Assembly: GCA_041748175.1 (NCBI GenBank)
Contig: JBGTDU010000152.1
Span: forward strand, 1,465-65,464
Reading direction: 5' to 3'
Length of the DNA: 64,000 bases
DNA from: Rubricoccaceae bacterium
Lineage (GTDB): Bacteria > Bacteroidota > Rhodothermia > Rhodothermales > Rubricoccaceae
Positions within the stretch are counted from its first letter, which is position 1; every line of letters begins with the position of its first letter. The position numbers and the translations under genes are program-made. A model generated the notes under the pieces. The model was not told the origin of the DNA. It saw only the letters and a program-made list of their open reading frames with translations, and searched no databases. This document shows positions 1 to 10,818 of this stretch, in pieces.

Positions 1-1550
1 CCGCCGCACACGACCTCCTGGCAGATCTCGAACACCATCGCGGGGAAGCCCGGCTCGGCGGCGGTGAGGACCGCATCGCCAAGCAACACGCCAAGGGCAA
101 GCTCACGGCTCGGGAGCGCCTCGATGTGCTCCTCGACAAAGGCTCGTTTCAGGAACTCGGCGCCTTCGTGCGCCATCAGGTGACGGGCTTTGGACTCGAG
201 GACGACCGCCCCTACGGCGATGGTGTTGTTACGGGGTTTGGAAAGATTGACGGCAGGCTCGTCTACGTCTTCTCTCAGGATTTCACCGTGTTCGGTGGAT
301 CGCTGGGGCTAGCCCACGCCGACAAGATCGTCAAGGTGATGAAGCTGGCGCTGGAGAACGGCGCGCCCATCATTGGCCTGAACGACTCGGGTGGTGCCCG
401 CATTCAGGAAGGCGTTGCCAGCCTTGGCGGTTACGCCGACATTTTTCTCCAGAACACGCTCGCCAGCGGCGTAGTACCGCAGATTTCGGCGATTATGGGG
501 CCATGCGCAGGCGGGGCAGTGTATTCGCCGGCCATCACCGATTTCGTGTTCATGGTCAAGAACACGAGCTACATGTTCGTGACCGGCCCGAACGTGGTGA
601 AGACCGTAACCAACGAGGTAGTGACGCAGGAGGAGTTGGGAGGGGCGGATACCCATGCATCCAAATCTGGTGTGGCGCACTTGGCTACAGCCAACGAGGC
701 TGATTGCCTTCTCAAAATCCGGCAGCTTCTGAGCTACCTGCCCTCCAACTGCGAAGACCCTGCTCCTCTCGTTCTCTCGGGCGACCCCGCTGACCGTTCC
801 GACGCCGAACTGGATTCCATTATCCCCGAAAACCCGAACAAGCCCTACGACATCCACGACGTGATCAAGCGGATAGTCGATGGCGGCGGATTCTTTGAAA
901 TCCACCCCGATTTTGCGGCGAACATTGTGGTTGGGTTCGCGCGGCTCGGAGGAAAGAGTGTGGGTATTGTCGCCAATCAGCCGGCTGTCCTGGCCGGCGT
1001 GCTGGACATCGACGCCAGCGTGAAGGGCGCTCGGTTCGTGCGTTTCTGCGACGCCTTCAACATCCCGATTGTTGTTTTTGAGGACGTCCCTGGCTTCCTG
1101 CCGGGCACCGAACAGGAGTGGCGTGGAATTATCCGCCACGGTGCCAAACTTCTCTATGCCTTTTGCGAGGCCACCGTCCCGAAAATGACCGTCATCACCC
1201 GAAAGGCTTACGGTGGCGCGTACGACGTGATGAACTCCAAGCACATCCGCGGCGATCTGAACCTGGCTTGGCCGACCGCCGAAATCGCCGTGATGGGCCC
1301 AAAAGGTGCCGTTGAAATCATCTACAAACGCCAGATCGCCGAGGCCGAAGACCCCGTTGCAACCGAGGAGCGCTTCATCGAAGAGTACCGAGAGAAATTC
1401 GCTAACCCGTACGTTGCCGCCGAGCGCGGCTACATCGACGACGTGATCAAACCTTCAGAAACACGCCGCGCCCTGATCCGCGGACTTGAGATGCTGCGAA
1501 ACAAGGTGGCGACGAACCCCCGGAAACGGCACGGGAATATTCCACTCTGA
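1..1550 (+). CDS. Acyl-CoA carboxylase carboxyltransferase (beta) subunit, PccB/MmdA family; 5' end lies upstream of the window
   Basis: The frame is open from nt 3. Residues upstream of the tracked GTG at 126 read ...[30 protein letters not shown], the usual N-terminal region of this family. [13 protein letters not shown] and [35 protein letters not shown] motifs mark the two carboxyltransferase halves. Confidence 0.92.
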   Translation, partial: AAHDLLADLEHHRGEARLGGGEDRIAKQHAKGKLTARERLDVLLDKGSFQELGAFVRHQVTGFGLEDDRPYGDGVVTGFGKIDGRLVYVFSQDFTVFGGSLGLAHADKIVKVMKLALENGAPIIGLNDSGGARIQEGVASLGGYADIFLQNTLASGVVPQISAIMGPCAGGAVYSPAITDFVFMVKNTSYMFVTGPNVVKTVTNEVVTQEELGGADTHASKSGVAHLATANEADCLLKIRQLLSYLPSNCEDPAPLVLSGDPADRSDAELDSIIPENPNKPYDIHDVIKRIVDGGGFFEIHPDFAANIVVGFARLGGKSVGIVANQPAVLAGVLDIDASVKGARFVRFCDAFNIPIVVFEDVPGFLPGTEQEWRGIIRHGAKLLYAFCEATVPKMTVITRKAYGGAYDVMNSKHIRGDLNLAWPTAEIAVMGPKGAVEIIYKRQIAEAEDPVATEERFIEEYREKFANPYVAAERGYIDDVIKPSETRRALIRGLEMLRNKVATNPRKRHGNIPL

Positions 1551-1703
1551 GTGGTTGAACGGGGGATAGACTGCGATCCGGAGAAGGATTTGGTAGCTCG
1601 GGAGGCCCTTCACAAAAACTTTGTTTCCGACTTGGACAGGCTGGCCTCAAGCAATAGTTTAGGCCCCCGTCCTTTTTTCCCACTAAACCCACCGCTTCCT
1701 ACG

Positions 1704-3617
1704 ATGCCACGCGCCCTTCTTTCGGCGCTGGCCTTCGTGTTCGTTGTTGTCCCCGTTCTGGCCCAATCCGCCTCGACAGACGCCGCACTCGAGAGCCGCC
1801 CTGCGGCAACACTGCCCTCGCAGGCAGATGCTCCCGTCCTCGACGCTGTCGCAGCCGACTCGCCGACCAACGAACAGCTGGCCCGCCGCATAGCCCGTTT
1901 GTATTCACGCCAGGCCGAGCTTCTCGAAGCCGAGGCCTCCGGCAACCTTTCGGCTTACGAATCCATTCTGGACGACCTCGTGCGAGACGTCCAGCTGTTG
2001 TCTCAACAACCCGGTCTGATTCAGACTCCTCGTTTCCGCGAGGTTTACAGCTCGATCCTGACGGAGCATGAGCAGTACTACGACGAATCGGTTCTGGATC
2101 GCGGGGAAATCTTTCCGTTTCTTGAGCGCGCGTTTGCCGAAATGCACGCTGTCGAGGGCCCGCTGCTCGAGCAGGTGAGCATTCCAAATCTCCCCGGAGG
2201 CATCTATACGGCTGTCATGCCGATGGACATGAACCGGCTGGTCGAGAACAGCGTGAACTATCTCAAGCGTTCTCAAAGCCACGTCTCGCGCTTGCAAACC
2301 CGCGCCGACACCTACTTTCCAATGGTGGAACGGATTCTGGCGGAAGAGGGCGTCCCTGATGAGTTGAAGTACCTCGCGATGGTAGAAAGCGCGCTGAATC
2401 CACGGGCACGCAGCCACGCCGGGGCCGCCGGAATGTGGCAGTTCATATCGGCTACGGGCCGGGCCTACGGCCTGCGCGTTACAAGCGATGTGGACGATAG
2501 GCTCGACCCAGAGAAGGCCACGCGCGCCGCGGCAACGCACCTGCGCGACCTATACGCGAGATTCGGCGACTGGCACCTTGCCCTGGCCGGGTACAATTGC
2601 AACCCGGCCGTCATCGCTCGCGCGGTAAGCCGCGTTCAAGAGCGCACGGGCCGACCAGCCACATTCTGGGACATTTACGACAACATCCCGCGCGAGACTC
2701 GGAACTATGTGCCGATGTTCATTGCTACATCGCTCGTGCTCTCGAACCCAACGGCGTATGGCCTGCCGACCGGCGAGCCGGGCTCACGCTATGTCTACGA
2801 TGAGATTCCGGTTGAAAGTGGAACGGCGCTAAGCGCCATTGCGCAAATGTTGGATATCGACGTGGAGGCTCTCCGCGCCTTGAATCCTTCAATTCGGCAA
2901 AGCCGCGTTCCCACGCAGCGCGATCCGTGGATGCTGCGGATTCCGTCAGGATATCAGAACGCGCACGCGGATGACCTCGCTCGTTTTGCTCCGGCGTCTG
3001 CCGCCAATAATGGGAGCTATGCCGCTCGCACCGTGAACTATGGTTCGCGATCATTCCGGCCGCTAGCACCGACCGAGCCAAACACCTTGTTGGCCGCGCG
3101 CAACCCGACGGCCGACCTGTCGGCGGCACGCGCGCCAAACCCGACCGGACGCGCGCGCTCGTCTTCGCCTGCTGAAATCGAAGGGCCACCCGTTCGCACA
3201 GTCGCCGACGTTGCGCGTACCAACACGCCTCCGTCCGCTGCTGCTTCGGAACCAAGCCCTCCGCGAACCACGAGTCATCGCGTACAGCGTGGCGAAACAC
3301 TAACGGCCCTCGCCGCCAGGTACGGCGTGACGATCAACCAGATCGTCAACGAAAACAACCTGCGAAGTACCAACATTCAGGTTGGGCAGCGTCTGAGGAT
3401 AAATGCGGATGCCTCGCGCGCCCGAAGCTCGGCAACCACGACAAATGCAGGGCCCAGCACGGTTCGGCACAGCGTGCGTAGAGGCGAGAACCTGACGATG
3501 ATTGCGCAGCGCTACGGCGTGACCGTTCGGCAGATCATGGACTGGAATAATCTTCGGAACTCCACGATCCGCCCAGGCCAGCGGCTCAGAATTGAGACTC
3601 GAAGAAGCGTTGGCTAG
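1704..3617 (+). CDS. mltD: Membrane-bound lytic murein transglycosylase, MltD-like (SLT domain plus two C-terminal LysM domains)
   Basis: Start moved to the ATG at 1704, which gives the signal peptide MPRALLSALAFVFVVVPVLAQ. SLT catalytic block YLAMVESALNPRARSHAGAAGMWQF. Two LysM repeats (HRVQRGETLTALAARYGVTINQIVNENNL... and HSVRRGENLTMIAQRYGVTVRQIMDWNNL...). Confidence 0.88.
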   Translation: MPRALLSALAFVFVVVPVLAQSASTDAALESRPAATLPSQADAPVLDAVAADSPTNEQLARRIARLYSRQAELLEAEASGNLSAYESILDDLVRDVQLLSQQPGLIQTPRFREVYSSILTEHEQYYDESVLDRGEIFPFLERAFAEMHAVEGPLLEQVSIPNLPGGIYTAVMPMDMNRLVENSVNYLKRSQSHVSRLQTRADTYFPMVERILAEEGVPDELKYLAMVESALNPRARSHAGAAGMWQFISATGRAYGLRVTSDVDDRLDPEKATRAAATHLRDLYARFGDWHLALAGYNCNPAVIARAVSRVQERTGRPATFWDIYDNIPRETRNYVPMFIATSLVLSNPTAYGLPTGEPGSRYVYDEIPVESGTALSAIAQMLDIDVEALRALNPSIRQSRVPTQRDPWMLRIPSGYQNAHADDLARFAPASAANNGSYAARTVNYGSRSFRPLAPTEPNTLLAARNPTADLSAARAPNPTGRARSSSPAEIEGPPVRTVADVARTNTPPSAAASEPSPPRTTSHRVQRGETLTALAARYGVTINQIVNENNLRSTNIQVGQRLRINADASRARSSATTTNAGPSTVRHSVRRGENLTMIAQRYGVTVRQIMDWNNLRNSTIRPGQRLRIETRRSVG

Positions 3618-3635
3618 TCGCACACAACAATGAGA

Positions 3636-3670
3636 AGGGGCCGTGGCACGATGCCATGGCCCCTTTTTTT
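3636..3670 (+). terminator. Rho-independent terminator downstream of the mltD-like gene
   Basis: 13-bp GC-rich stem (aggggccgtggca / tgccatggcccct, one G-U pair) with a 3-nt loop, followed directly by a T7 run, 19 nt after the stop codon. Confidence 0.85.
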
Positions 3671-3848
3671 GGATGCCCTTCCTTTGGCAGGCTGCTGATA
3701 TATTCCTCCTATCTGCGGCGGCGGCTCCTGTTCAATCTCAGCGTTGCGAGAATCTTGCCGGATCACCAATACGACTGCGATCTCGCGCCTTCTTGATCAC
3801 GACCAACATCCGCTCGCCTCGCCAACGGATGAATAAATCCACAGCCTG

Positions 3849-4709
3849 TTAGCAGGCTACGGTTTCGCCTTCCGTGGCGAGTACGGTGTTGGGGAAAATG
3901 GCTCGCGCGGAACGAAGTATCTCGGCTAGCTGGGCGTCGTCGTGGCCGGGGTCGTGGTGAAACAACGCCAGGCGCTTTACGCGCGCTGCGGCAGCTAGCC
4001 GCGCGGCTTTTTCCCACGTCGTGTGCCCCCATCCGGCGCACAGCGCGTATTCCTGCGGCGTGTACTGCCCATCACAGATTAGCAGGTCGGCGTCCTCAGC
4101 CACCCCGGCAAGGAGCGCGTCGAGCCGCGAATTTCCGTGCTCGTAGTCCGTGCAATAGACGACGGTGGCTCCACCAGCCTCGGCCTTGTATCCGAAAACG
4201 AACTGGGTATGGTGAACGGGGAAGGGCGTGACCGAGAGTTTGCCGAGCCGAATCGGCTTCCCGGCTTCCACGATGACTTGGTGCGTTTCGGCAACGAGGT
4301 CATCGAAGGCGAGGGGGAAAAAGGGCACACGCATCTGGAGTCTGAGCAGATCCAGTGGCTCACCATCGGCATCTGAACTATAGAAAGTGACCGTGTTGCC
4401 TAGGCCGAAAAGCGGTGCAAAGAACGGGATCGCCTGGATATGGTCCCAGTGAAAGTGCGACAGGAACACATGCAAGTCCAGCGGTTCGCCATTCGATTCT
4501 TCTAAGAGTTTCATCCCCAACTCGCGCGCCCCCGTACCGAGATCGAATATGCACCCCGTACCATCGTCCAGACTGACCTCTACACATGCGGTATTGCCTC
4601 CCGTTCCGATGTGCGAGGCGCCTGGCGTTGGGATAGAACCGCGGACGCCCCAAAAGCGGACGTACATCCTCTCTCGCTCCGCAATTGCGCTCGATGAAAC
4701 GTCCGTCAT
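3849..4709 (-). CDS. MBL-fold metallo-hydrolase
   Basis: HFHWDH metal-binding motif. MYVRFWGVRGSIPTPG N-terminal block typical of a beta-lactamase-fold hydrolase subfamily. An alternative start is the ATG at 4667. Confidence 0.8.
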   Translation of the reverse strand: MTDVSSSAIAERERMYVRFWGVRGSIPTPGASHIGTGGNTACVEVSLDDGTGCIFDLGTGARELGMKLLEESNGEPLDLHVFLSHFHWDHIQAIPFFAPLFGLGNTVTFYSSDADGEPLDLLRLQMRVPFFPLAFDDLVAETHQVIVEAGKPIRLGKLSVTPFPVHHTQFVFGYKAEAGGATVVYCTDYEHGNSRLDALLAGVAEDADLLICDGQYTPQEYALCAGWGHTTWEKAARLAAAARVKRLALFHHDPGHDDAQLAEILRSARAIFPNTVLATEGETVAC

Positions 4710-4717
4710 GGGCTTGA

Positions 4718-5749
4718 TTAGAGGCGGAAGCGGCGAAGCGTGATAACCGTCTCGACGATGATCACTTTCAGGACGGCCACTGCCGGAACAGCGAGAGCCA
4801 TTCCCAAAATGCCGCCGAGACGGCCGCCGATGAGGATGGCGAGTAAGACAGAAACAGGATGCAGCGACACGTTCCGCGCGGTAATCAAGGGCTGGAGCAC
4901 CACATTTTCCAGCGTCTGTACGATAGCGTAAACAACGACAATGCCGAGTAGCTGGCCAACACCGCCAGTGGCGAAAACGGAAACCGCGAGCGTTAGACCG
5001 GCGGAAATGATGAACCCGACGTACGGGATGAAATTGGCAATGCCAGTAAAGAATCCGAGCACAACAAAGTAGTCGACGCCGACGAGCCCTAGCCCAAGGA
5101 CTGTAGCCAAACCGACCAGAACGGCCACGAGCGATTGGCCGCGGAGATATCCGCCCAGATGATCATCGATCTTGTATAGAACGCCCATCGAGAACTCGAA
5201 GTAGCGGTTTGGTACCAGAGCGACCAGTTTCTTTTGAATCCGCGCGCCGTCTCGAAGAAGGAAGAACAGCACGAAGGGAATAACCACGAGGTTACCCACG
5301 ATAGACAGCGCGTCTGTCGCGTAGCCGAGCAGGTGGCTCTGCTGGGCTGCGAGGCTTTGCCGCGCAGAGTCCGAGAGCCCCAGGGAGCCCGGCTCGATAA
5401 AGGGAAGACGCGCGGCCACGTCCGCCTCAATCCGATCAAGCATCGTGTACAACCGGCCATCCCCCCATCCCTCATGCCACTCGACTGCTTGTGCGGCCAC
5501 GAGCGGAATCATTATCCAGCCCAACAACCCGAGGATAAGGGAGAGGCCGAAGAAGACCACGCTGGCGGACGCGGTTCGGCCCATTCCGCGCCGTTCGAGA
5601 TGGTTGACCAGCGGAAAAAGGAGGTAGCCGAAAATGGCCGCCACGAGGACCAAAATCAGCAGATCGCCAGCATGGATCACCAACAAACCGAAGGTGACGA
5701 TCACGAACAGCCAGAGAGCGGCCTTAAGCCAGGGGATCCGCGTCGTCAT
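4718..5749 (-). CDS. AI-2E family transporter (PerM/UPF0118-type permease)
   Basis: Polytopic membrane protein of about 340 aa with the family-typical C-terminal block PYVGFIISAG...LENVVLQPLI...HPV.VLLAILIGG.L.GILGM.LAVP. Confidence 0.8.
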   Translation of the reverse strand: MTTRIPWLKAALWLFVIVTFGLLVIHAGDLLILVLVAAIFGYLLFPLVNHLERRGMGRTASASVVFFGLSLILGLLGWIMIPLVAAQAVEWHEGWGDGRLYTMLDRIEADVAARLPFIEPGSLGLSDSARQSLAAQQSHLLGYATDALSIVGNLVVIPFVLFFLLRDGARIQKKLVALVPNRYFEFSMGVLYKIDDHLGGYLRGQSLVAVLVGLATVLGLGLVGVDYFVVLGFFTGIANFIPYVGFIISAGLTLAVSVFATGGVGQLLGIVVVYAIVQTLENVVLQPLITARNVSLHPVSVLLAILIGGRLGGILGMALAVPAVAVLKVIIVETVITLRRFRL

Positions 5750-6302
5750 CGGAGCTGGTGCGATCAGGCGCGGTGAGGTTCTCCCGGCCTGAGTTGGGAG
5801 CCTTGGCAGTGAGACGTTCGTGATCCTTGCGCATCGTTTCCAGCTCGTCGCTTACTTCCACGAGCCGGATGCCAACGAGGCGCGAGAGCGACAACAATAT
5901 CTTGACTCCGAGGCGCGGATTTCGGTCGAGCAGGCCGAGCAGGTCAGGTTGGAAAAGACTGAGAAGCAGGCAATCCGATTTGGCGCGCGCCGTTGCCGAT
6001 CGAATGACTTCGTTGAGCAACGCGATCTCGCCGAAGAAATCGCCGTCGCTGAGTTCAACCAGCTCCCGGCCCGAAGGCTCGCTCTGAATCGAGACGACGC
6101 CTTTGGCAATGATGTACATGCCCAGCCCCGGCTCACCCTCGACGAAAACAGACTCGCCAGCAACGTATTCACGCCGATGCAAAAGCCGCTGAAGCGTCGC
6201 AATGTCGCGGCGACTCAGATTGTCGAACAGGGGAATGCTGCGAAGGACACTCTCCTCCCCCTCCACCGTCCCACCCAACACGTTTCTCCAAAGGCTGTGC
6301 AT
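5724..6302 (-). CDS. Cyclic nucleotide-binding domain protein
   Basis: cNMP-binding beta-barrel signature FVEGEPGLGMYIIAKGVVSI ... GDFFGEIALL ... RSATARA. No DNA-binding HTH is visible. Confidence 0.8.
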   Translation of the reverse strand: MHSLWRNVLGGTVEGEESVLRSIPLFDNLSRRDIATLQRLLHRREYVAGESVFVEGEPGLGMYIIAKGVVSIQSEPSGRELVELSDGDFFGEIALLNEVIRSATARAKSDCLLLSLFQPDLLGLLDRNPRLGVKILLSLSRLVGIRLVEVSDELETMRKDHERLTAKAPNSGRENLTAPDRTSSDDDADPLA

Positions 6303-6490
6303 GGCAATAGTTGGTATTCACACGGACAGAATCCCCGACGGGCGGGACCAAATGAAGGTACGGTTCAGCGTCCGCTTGCGCATGAAGGCGGGTCGCTGGG
6401 CAAACTTCGGAGTTGAAAGGCCATTCATCTTGACCGGTGGGGTGGCTTTCGGTACCCTACGAGTCCATTCCATCTCGTCCGGTTGTCAAA

Positions 6491-7285
6491 ATGATCTCAT
6501 TCCGATTCCCGCTCCTCACCCTGGTCGTTGTCGGCCTTGGCATTGGTCTTTCGTCCTGCGACTCGGACTCGACGGTCCTTCCGCCAACGGACATAGCGTT
6601 TAATGGCGTGACCTACGCCGCAGTTGGCCAGGCCGACCTGGAGTTGACGAGCGATGGCCTCGTTGTTAGCAATATTGGCTCTTCGGGAAACGACGGAGTG
6701 CGCGTAGCTCCGACAAGCGCCATTGGAATGGCAGACATCCAGACCCTGCCCATCGACCTCCCTTCTGGAGGCCGGTGGGGGATGGAGGTGTTTGGTGAGA
6801 CGGGCTCGGGCAGTACCGGTATGGCTACCGTATGGAACGAAGCGGTGGATGGAGGCGAGGAAAGCATCCAGTTCGACTTCGCGCCTGAACTGAACGTGTC
6901 GGCCTTGATCCTTGAGTATTTTTTGGAGGGTCGGCTTCAGCATTCGGCGACCGTCCCTGCGAATGGAGCAGGCAATTTTTCGGCACGTCTTACGACGGCC
7001 GGAACCGGGGCTGGGAGACGTACCTCGGTCCATGTAATCTGCGTTGGCGGAGAGCTTATCGTCGCGACCGACAACAATGGCGATGCCCCACGGACTTTGC
7101 CCGGAGGATGCGGTGCGGAGTTGCTCACAGACGTCCCGGGAGCGGATGGGGCCATTTGTGCCGACTACGTCCAAGCCCGCCCAGTCACAGAATTGTCTTT
7201 CCCCGAGGTAACCAGTCTGCAAGTGACGGCACGGACAATCCCGCAGTTCACGATTACAGATGGTTCCGTCGAAGGGCATCAGTAG
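6491..7285 (+). CDS. Hypothetical lipoprotein
   Basis: Start moved to the ATG at 6491. Signal peptide plus lipobox MISFRFPLLTLVVVGLGIGLSSC. No recognisable catalytic motif. Confidence 0.6.
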   Translation: MISFRFPLLTLVVVGLGIGLSSCDSDSTVLPPTDIAFNGVTYAAVGQADLELTSDGLVVSNIGSSGNDGVRVAPTSAIGMADIQTLPIDLPSGGRWGMEVFGETGSGSTGMATVWNEAVDGGEESIQFDFAPELNVSALILEYFLEGRLQHSATVPANGAGNFSARLTTAGTGAGRRTSVHVICVGGELIVATDNNGDAPRTLPGGCGAELLTDVPGADGAICADYVQARPVTELSFPEVTSLQVTARTIPQFTITDGSVEGHQ

Positions 7286-7291
7286 GCTCGG

Positions 7292-7345
7292 GCACCCCCA
7301 AAAGAAACTTGGGGTGCACACCGATGCCTCATGCCGGGGCATCGG
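7292..7345. terminator. Two adjacent GC-rich hairpins between convergent genes (putative terminators)
   Basis: gcacccc(N12)ggggtgc at 7292-7317 and ccgatgcc(N9)ggcatcgg at 7321-7345. They lie between the + gene ending at 7285 and the - gene ending at 7365. There is no clear U-tract. Confidence 0.4.
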
Positions 7346-7364
7346 CAGCAAGCGTCCCGCAACC

Positions 7365-10300
7365 TCAAACGGGAAGGCCGATAACGAACTCGGCACCCAG
7401 GCCCTCCTGGCTTTCTACCCGCATGGTGCCACTGTGGCCTAGTGTTATGATTTCGTAGGAGAGCGAGAGCCCAAGGCCCGTTCCCTGTCCCGAAGGCTTT
7501 GTCGTAAAGAAAGGCTCGAAGATCTTCTGGCGGACGTTGTCGGGAATACCCACTCCGTTGTCGGCAACGCGGATTTCGACGGCGTTTACGCTCCGTTTCG
7601 TCGAGACGGAAACCGTCGGTTTGAATCCATCTCCTCGCGACTTCGATGCTTCGTGGACGGCGTAGAATGCGTTGCCCATCAGGTTGATGAGTACACGCCC
7701 AATCTCTTGCGGAATCAGTTCAACCTCGCCCGCTTCAGGATCGAAATCGTACGCCATGTCGACGTTAAAATCGATATCGCGAGCACGCTGGCCGTGGAAG
7801 GCGAGGTTAGCATATTCCTCGACAAAGTCGTTGATGTCCACCGCCGACCGCTCGGCGGCACCGCCGCGCGAGTGTTGAAGCATCGCATGCACGATTTTGT
7901 CGGCGCGTTGCCCGTGATGGTGAATGCGACGAGCGTTTTCCTTAAGATCTCCGATGAGTTCGTTCAGCTCGGGCAATGCCTCGGCGACTGTCCGCTCTGG
8001 ATCTGCCATCAATTCCTCGGTCAGTTCGTCGGCGAGGTCCACGCTCAGTTCGGCGAAGTTGTTGACAAAGTTGAGAGGGTTCTTGATCTCGTGCGCAATA
8101 CCAGCCGTCAACTGCCCCAGCGACGCGAGTTTTTCTGCCTGGATCAGCTGGCCTTGCGTTGTGGTGAGGTGTCGATGGCTTTCTTCCAACGCTGAATAGG
8201 CTTTCTCCAACGCGTGGGCCTGTTCAAGCTCGGCAGCCTTTCGCTCGTTTTCGATTTTAAGGACCTTGGCCTCGGCTTCCGCCATTTCCGCCCGCAATTC
8301 TGCCTCGCGGCGCTCAGCCTTGGCGCTTTCTTCGCGAAGAAGCCGACGGCGCTGAAACCTGTCCGCGACAAACACAAGCCCACCGAAAATCAACGCGTAG
8401 AACGCGTAGGCCCAAACGGTGCGCCACCACGGTGGCGCGACATGGACGCTGATGGCAAGCGGTTCTTCGGTCCAGATCCCGTCCGCGCTCGCTGCCTTGA
8501 CCCGAAGCGTATATCGTCCGGGGTCGAGGCCGGTGTACACCGCCCGGCGCTCCAGGCCCAGATCTCGCCACTCGTCCTCCAGCCCCTCGAGCATGACGGC
8601 GTACCGGTTGCGGCCGGACTCGGTAAAGTGAAGCGCCGCGAACTCGAAGGTGACGACGGTATGGTCGTGGTCGAGGTAGACGACATCGGTGGTTGGCGCT
8701 GCTTCCCGCAACGCAGCGTTTTCGCCTGGGACCACCTCTAGTCCCAAGATCTGGACGCCGGTGAGTGATACCTGCGGCGGGTAGGGGTTCGACGTTGCAA
8801 TTTGTGACGGATCGAATGAGATGAGTCCATCAGCTCCTCCGAAAAACAAGGCACCACTTGGCGAACCGAACGACGCGTCTGTGAGCGACCTGAGTCCAGG
8901 AGTACGTTCGCTGTCAAAGACACGGAAAGTTTCGGTGACGGGGTCGAAGCGTGCGAGGCCGCGGCTCGTGCTGAGCCACAGAAAGCCCGAGGCGTCTTCG
9001 ACAATCGCCCGCACCACATTGCTGGGCAAGTCACTGTTTGTCTCCGAATAGACGGTAAAGCCATTTTCAGGGTTCTCGGGCGAGAACAGGTTTAGGCCCC
9101 CCCCCTCGGTCCCGATCCACAACCGCCCGTTGCTTTGGGCGTGCAAGGCCAGCACGGAGTTGTCAGACAGACTGGCGGCGTTGGCGGGATCATGCCGAAA
9201 GTGATCGAAGGAGCCGCCTCGTGCTCTATCTCGCAACCGGTCCAGGCCACCGCGCGTGCCGAACCAAAGGGATCCGTCGGGCATCTCTTCGATTGCTTCA
9301 ATCGTCTCGTGGCTAAGGCTCGCCGGGCGGGCGGAATCGCGGAGAATCTTTTCATTGGAGCCCGTCTGCGGATCATGAAGGATCAGTCCGTTGCCAAGAC
9401 TACCAACCCAGAGCTGCCCGGTGCTGTCCTCAAGGATGGCGGATACGACCTCACCATCGAGCACAATGTGCCGGAACGAGCGTGCGCTCCGGTTGAATTC
9501 CAGAAGGCCGGCGCGCGTACCCACCCACAGCTGCCCGGACTCGCTCTCGCACAGTGCCGTGATGAACTCCTGCCCTCCATTTAGTGCCCCGGTTGGTAGA
9601 AATCGCTCGAACACCCCATCGTTATTGCCAAGCCGACTGAGCCCATCATCGGTGCCTACCCACAGTGTGCTGTCGGCTGTTTGAATGACAGAGAGCACGG
9701 TGTTGCTGCTAAGGCTGTGATCCTGTTCGCTGTCATGGGTGTAAACCTTGAACGAACTTCGAGCCTGATCGAACCAGTTGAGGCCACCATACGTGCCAAC
9801 CCAAAGGATGCCCTGTCTATCCCCCATGATCGTTCGTACGAAGTTGTGGCTCAGCGCGTCCTCGCGGTTCTCATCCGGCTGGTAGCTGACCTGGTAGTTG
9901 TCCGCGTCCAGTTTGTGGAGCCCCCCACCCGCCGTGCCGATCCAGAGGCTGCCATCCGGATCTTCGAACAAAGATGTGATGATCGTTGCCCCGATGCCTC
10001 CTTCCAATTCGACAGGCTGAAACGAGTCCAGGGTTGGGTCAAGGCTTCGAACACCGCCACCGTAGGTGCCGATCCACAAGCCGCCGCGTTCTCTGGAAGT
10101 GATGACAGAGATAATGTTGCCGGGCGAATTATCGGCAACCTGAAGCGACGTAAAGCTCCCGGACTCGTGGTCGAACCGATTGAGGCCGCCGCCATTTGTG
10201 CCTACCCAGAGCGTTCCCTCCTCGTCAGCGTAAAGAGAGAGCACAACATCGTGGGTTAGTGAGGCACTATTCCCCGCGGCGTGTTTGTACGTGGTGAAAA

Positions 10301-10808
10301 GGCCGGTGTCATCGTCGAGGCGAGCCAATCCCGCGTCGGTGCCGATCCACATCGTTCCGTCTTGCTGTTGAGCGAGGGCGTTGATGTCGTCGTTGGGGAG
10401 GCTGCCGGGGATGTCAGGATGGTGGCGGAAGCGCGAAAACGTCTCCGTGGCTGGGTCGAACCGATTGAGACCACCATCGGATGTTCCGACCCAAATGTAT
10501 CCGTCGGCATCTTCGAGCAACGCGAGCACCCCGTTGGCCGAGATCGTCGTGCTGTCGTCATCGGCATTGCGGAATTCGGTCACCGCGTACCCATCAAAAC
10601 GGTCGAGGCCATCCAGGGTACCAATCCAGATGAACCCGCGTTCATCCTGCAGCAGGGCATTGATTTTCTCCTCCGACAGCCCATCCTCTACAAAGAGATG
10701 TTGGAAGGAAATGGTCTGTGCAGATCCGCTTTCAGCCCGAACCAGAGCGAGCCCAATCGCAAGAAAGGCAGCCATGCGAGCGAGCAGCGGAGGGAGGCCG
10801 AGGCGCAT
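7365..10808 (-). CDS. Sensor histidine kinase with periplasmic double beta-propeller (Reg_prop repeats) and Y_Y_Y-type region
   Basis: About 14 repeats of the W(I/V)GT..GL.RFD type. One TM segment ([20 protein letters not shown]), then a coiled coil. HisKA block [13 protein letters not shown] and HATPase_c block [10 protein letters not shown]. Start set at 10808 ([22 protein letters not shown]) to avoid overlapping the upstream stop at 10819; the ATG at 10841 is the alternative. Confidence 0.88.
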   Translation of the reverse strand: MRLGLPPLLARMAAFLAIGLALVRAESGSAQTISFQHLFVEDGLSEEKINALLQDERGFIWIGTLDGLDRFDGYAVTEFRNADDDSTTISANGVLALLEDADGYIWVGTSDGGLNRFDPATETFSRFRHHPDIPGSLPNDDINALAQQQDGTMWIGTDAGLARLDDDTGLFTTYKHAAGNSASLTHDVVLSLYADEEGTLWVGTNGGGLNRFDHESGSFTSLQVADNSPGNIISVITSRERGGLWIGTYGGGVRSLDPTLDSFQPVELEGGIGATIITSLFEDPDGSLWIGTAGGGLHKLDADNYQVSYQPDENREDALSHNFVRTIMGDRQGILWVGTYGGLNWFDQARSSFKVYTHDSEQDHSLSSNTVLSVIQTADSTLWVGTDDGLSRLGNNDGVFERFLPTGALNGGQEFITALCESESGQLWVGTRAGLLEFNRSARSFRHIVLDGEVVSAILEDSTGQLWVGSLGNGLILHDPQTGSNEKILRDSARPASLSHETIEAIEEMPDGSLWFGTRGGLDRLRDRARGGSFDHFRHDPANAASLSDNSVLALHAQSNGRLWIGTEGGGLNLFSPENPENGFTVYSETNSDLPSNVVRAIVEDASGFLWLSTSRGLARFDPVTETFRVFDSERTPGLRSLTDASFGSPSGALFFGGADGLISFDPSQIATSNPYPPQVSLTGVQILGLEVVPGENAALREAAPTTDVVYLDHDHTVVTFEFAALHFTESGRNRYAVMLEGLEDEWRDLGLERRAVYTGLDPGRYTLRVKAASADGIWTEEPLAISVHVAPPWWRTVWAYAFYALIFGGLVFVADRFQRRRLLREESAKAERREAELRAEMAEAEAKVLKIENERKAAELEQAHALEKAYSALEESHRHLTTTQGQLIQAEKLASLGQLTAGIAHEIKNPLNFVNNFAELSVDLADELTEELMADPERTVAEALPELNELIGDLKENARRIHHHGQRADKIVHAMLQHSRGGAAERSAVDINDFVEEYANLAFHGQRARDIDFNVDMAYDFDPEAGEVELIPQEIGRVLINLMGNAFYAVHEASKSRGDGFKPTVSVSTKRSVNAVEIRVADNGVGIPDNVRQKIFEPFFTTKPSGQGTGLGLSLSYEIITLGHSGTMRVESQEGLGAEFVIGLPV

Positions 10809-10818
10809 CGAACTCGGG

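Noticed and set aside
3643-3852. 69-aa ORF in the gap after the mltD terminator.
   Set aside because: It starts inside the terminator hairpin, has no recognisable features, and lies between a terminator and the 3' end of a convergent gene.
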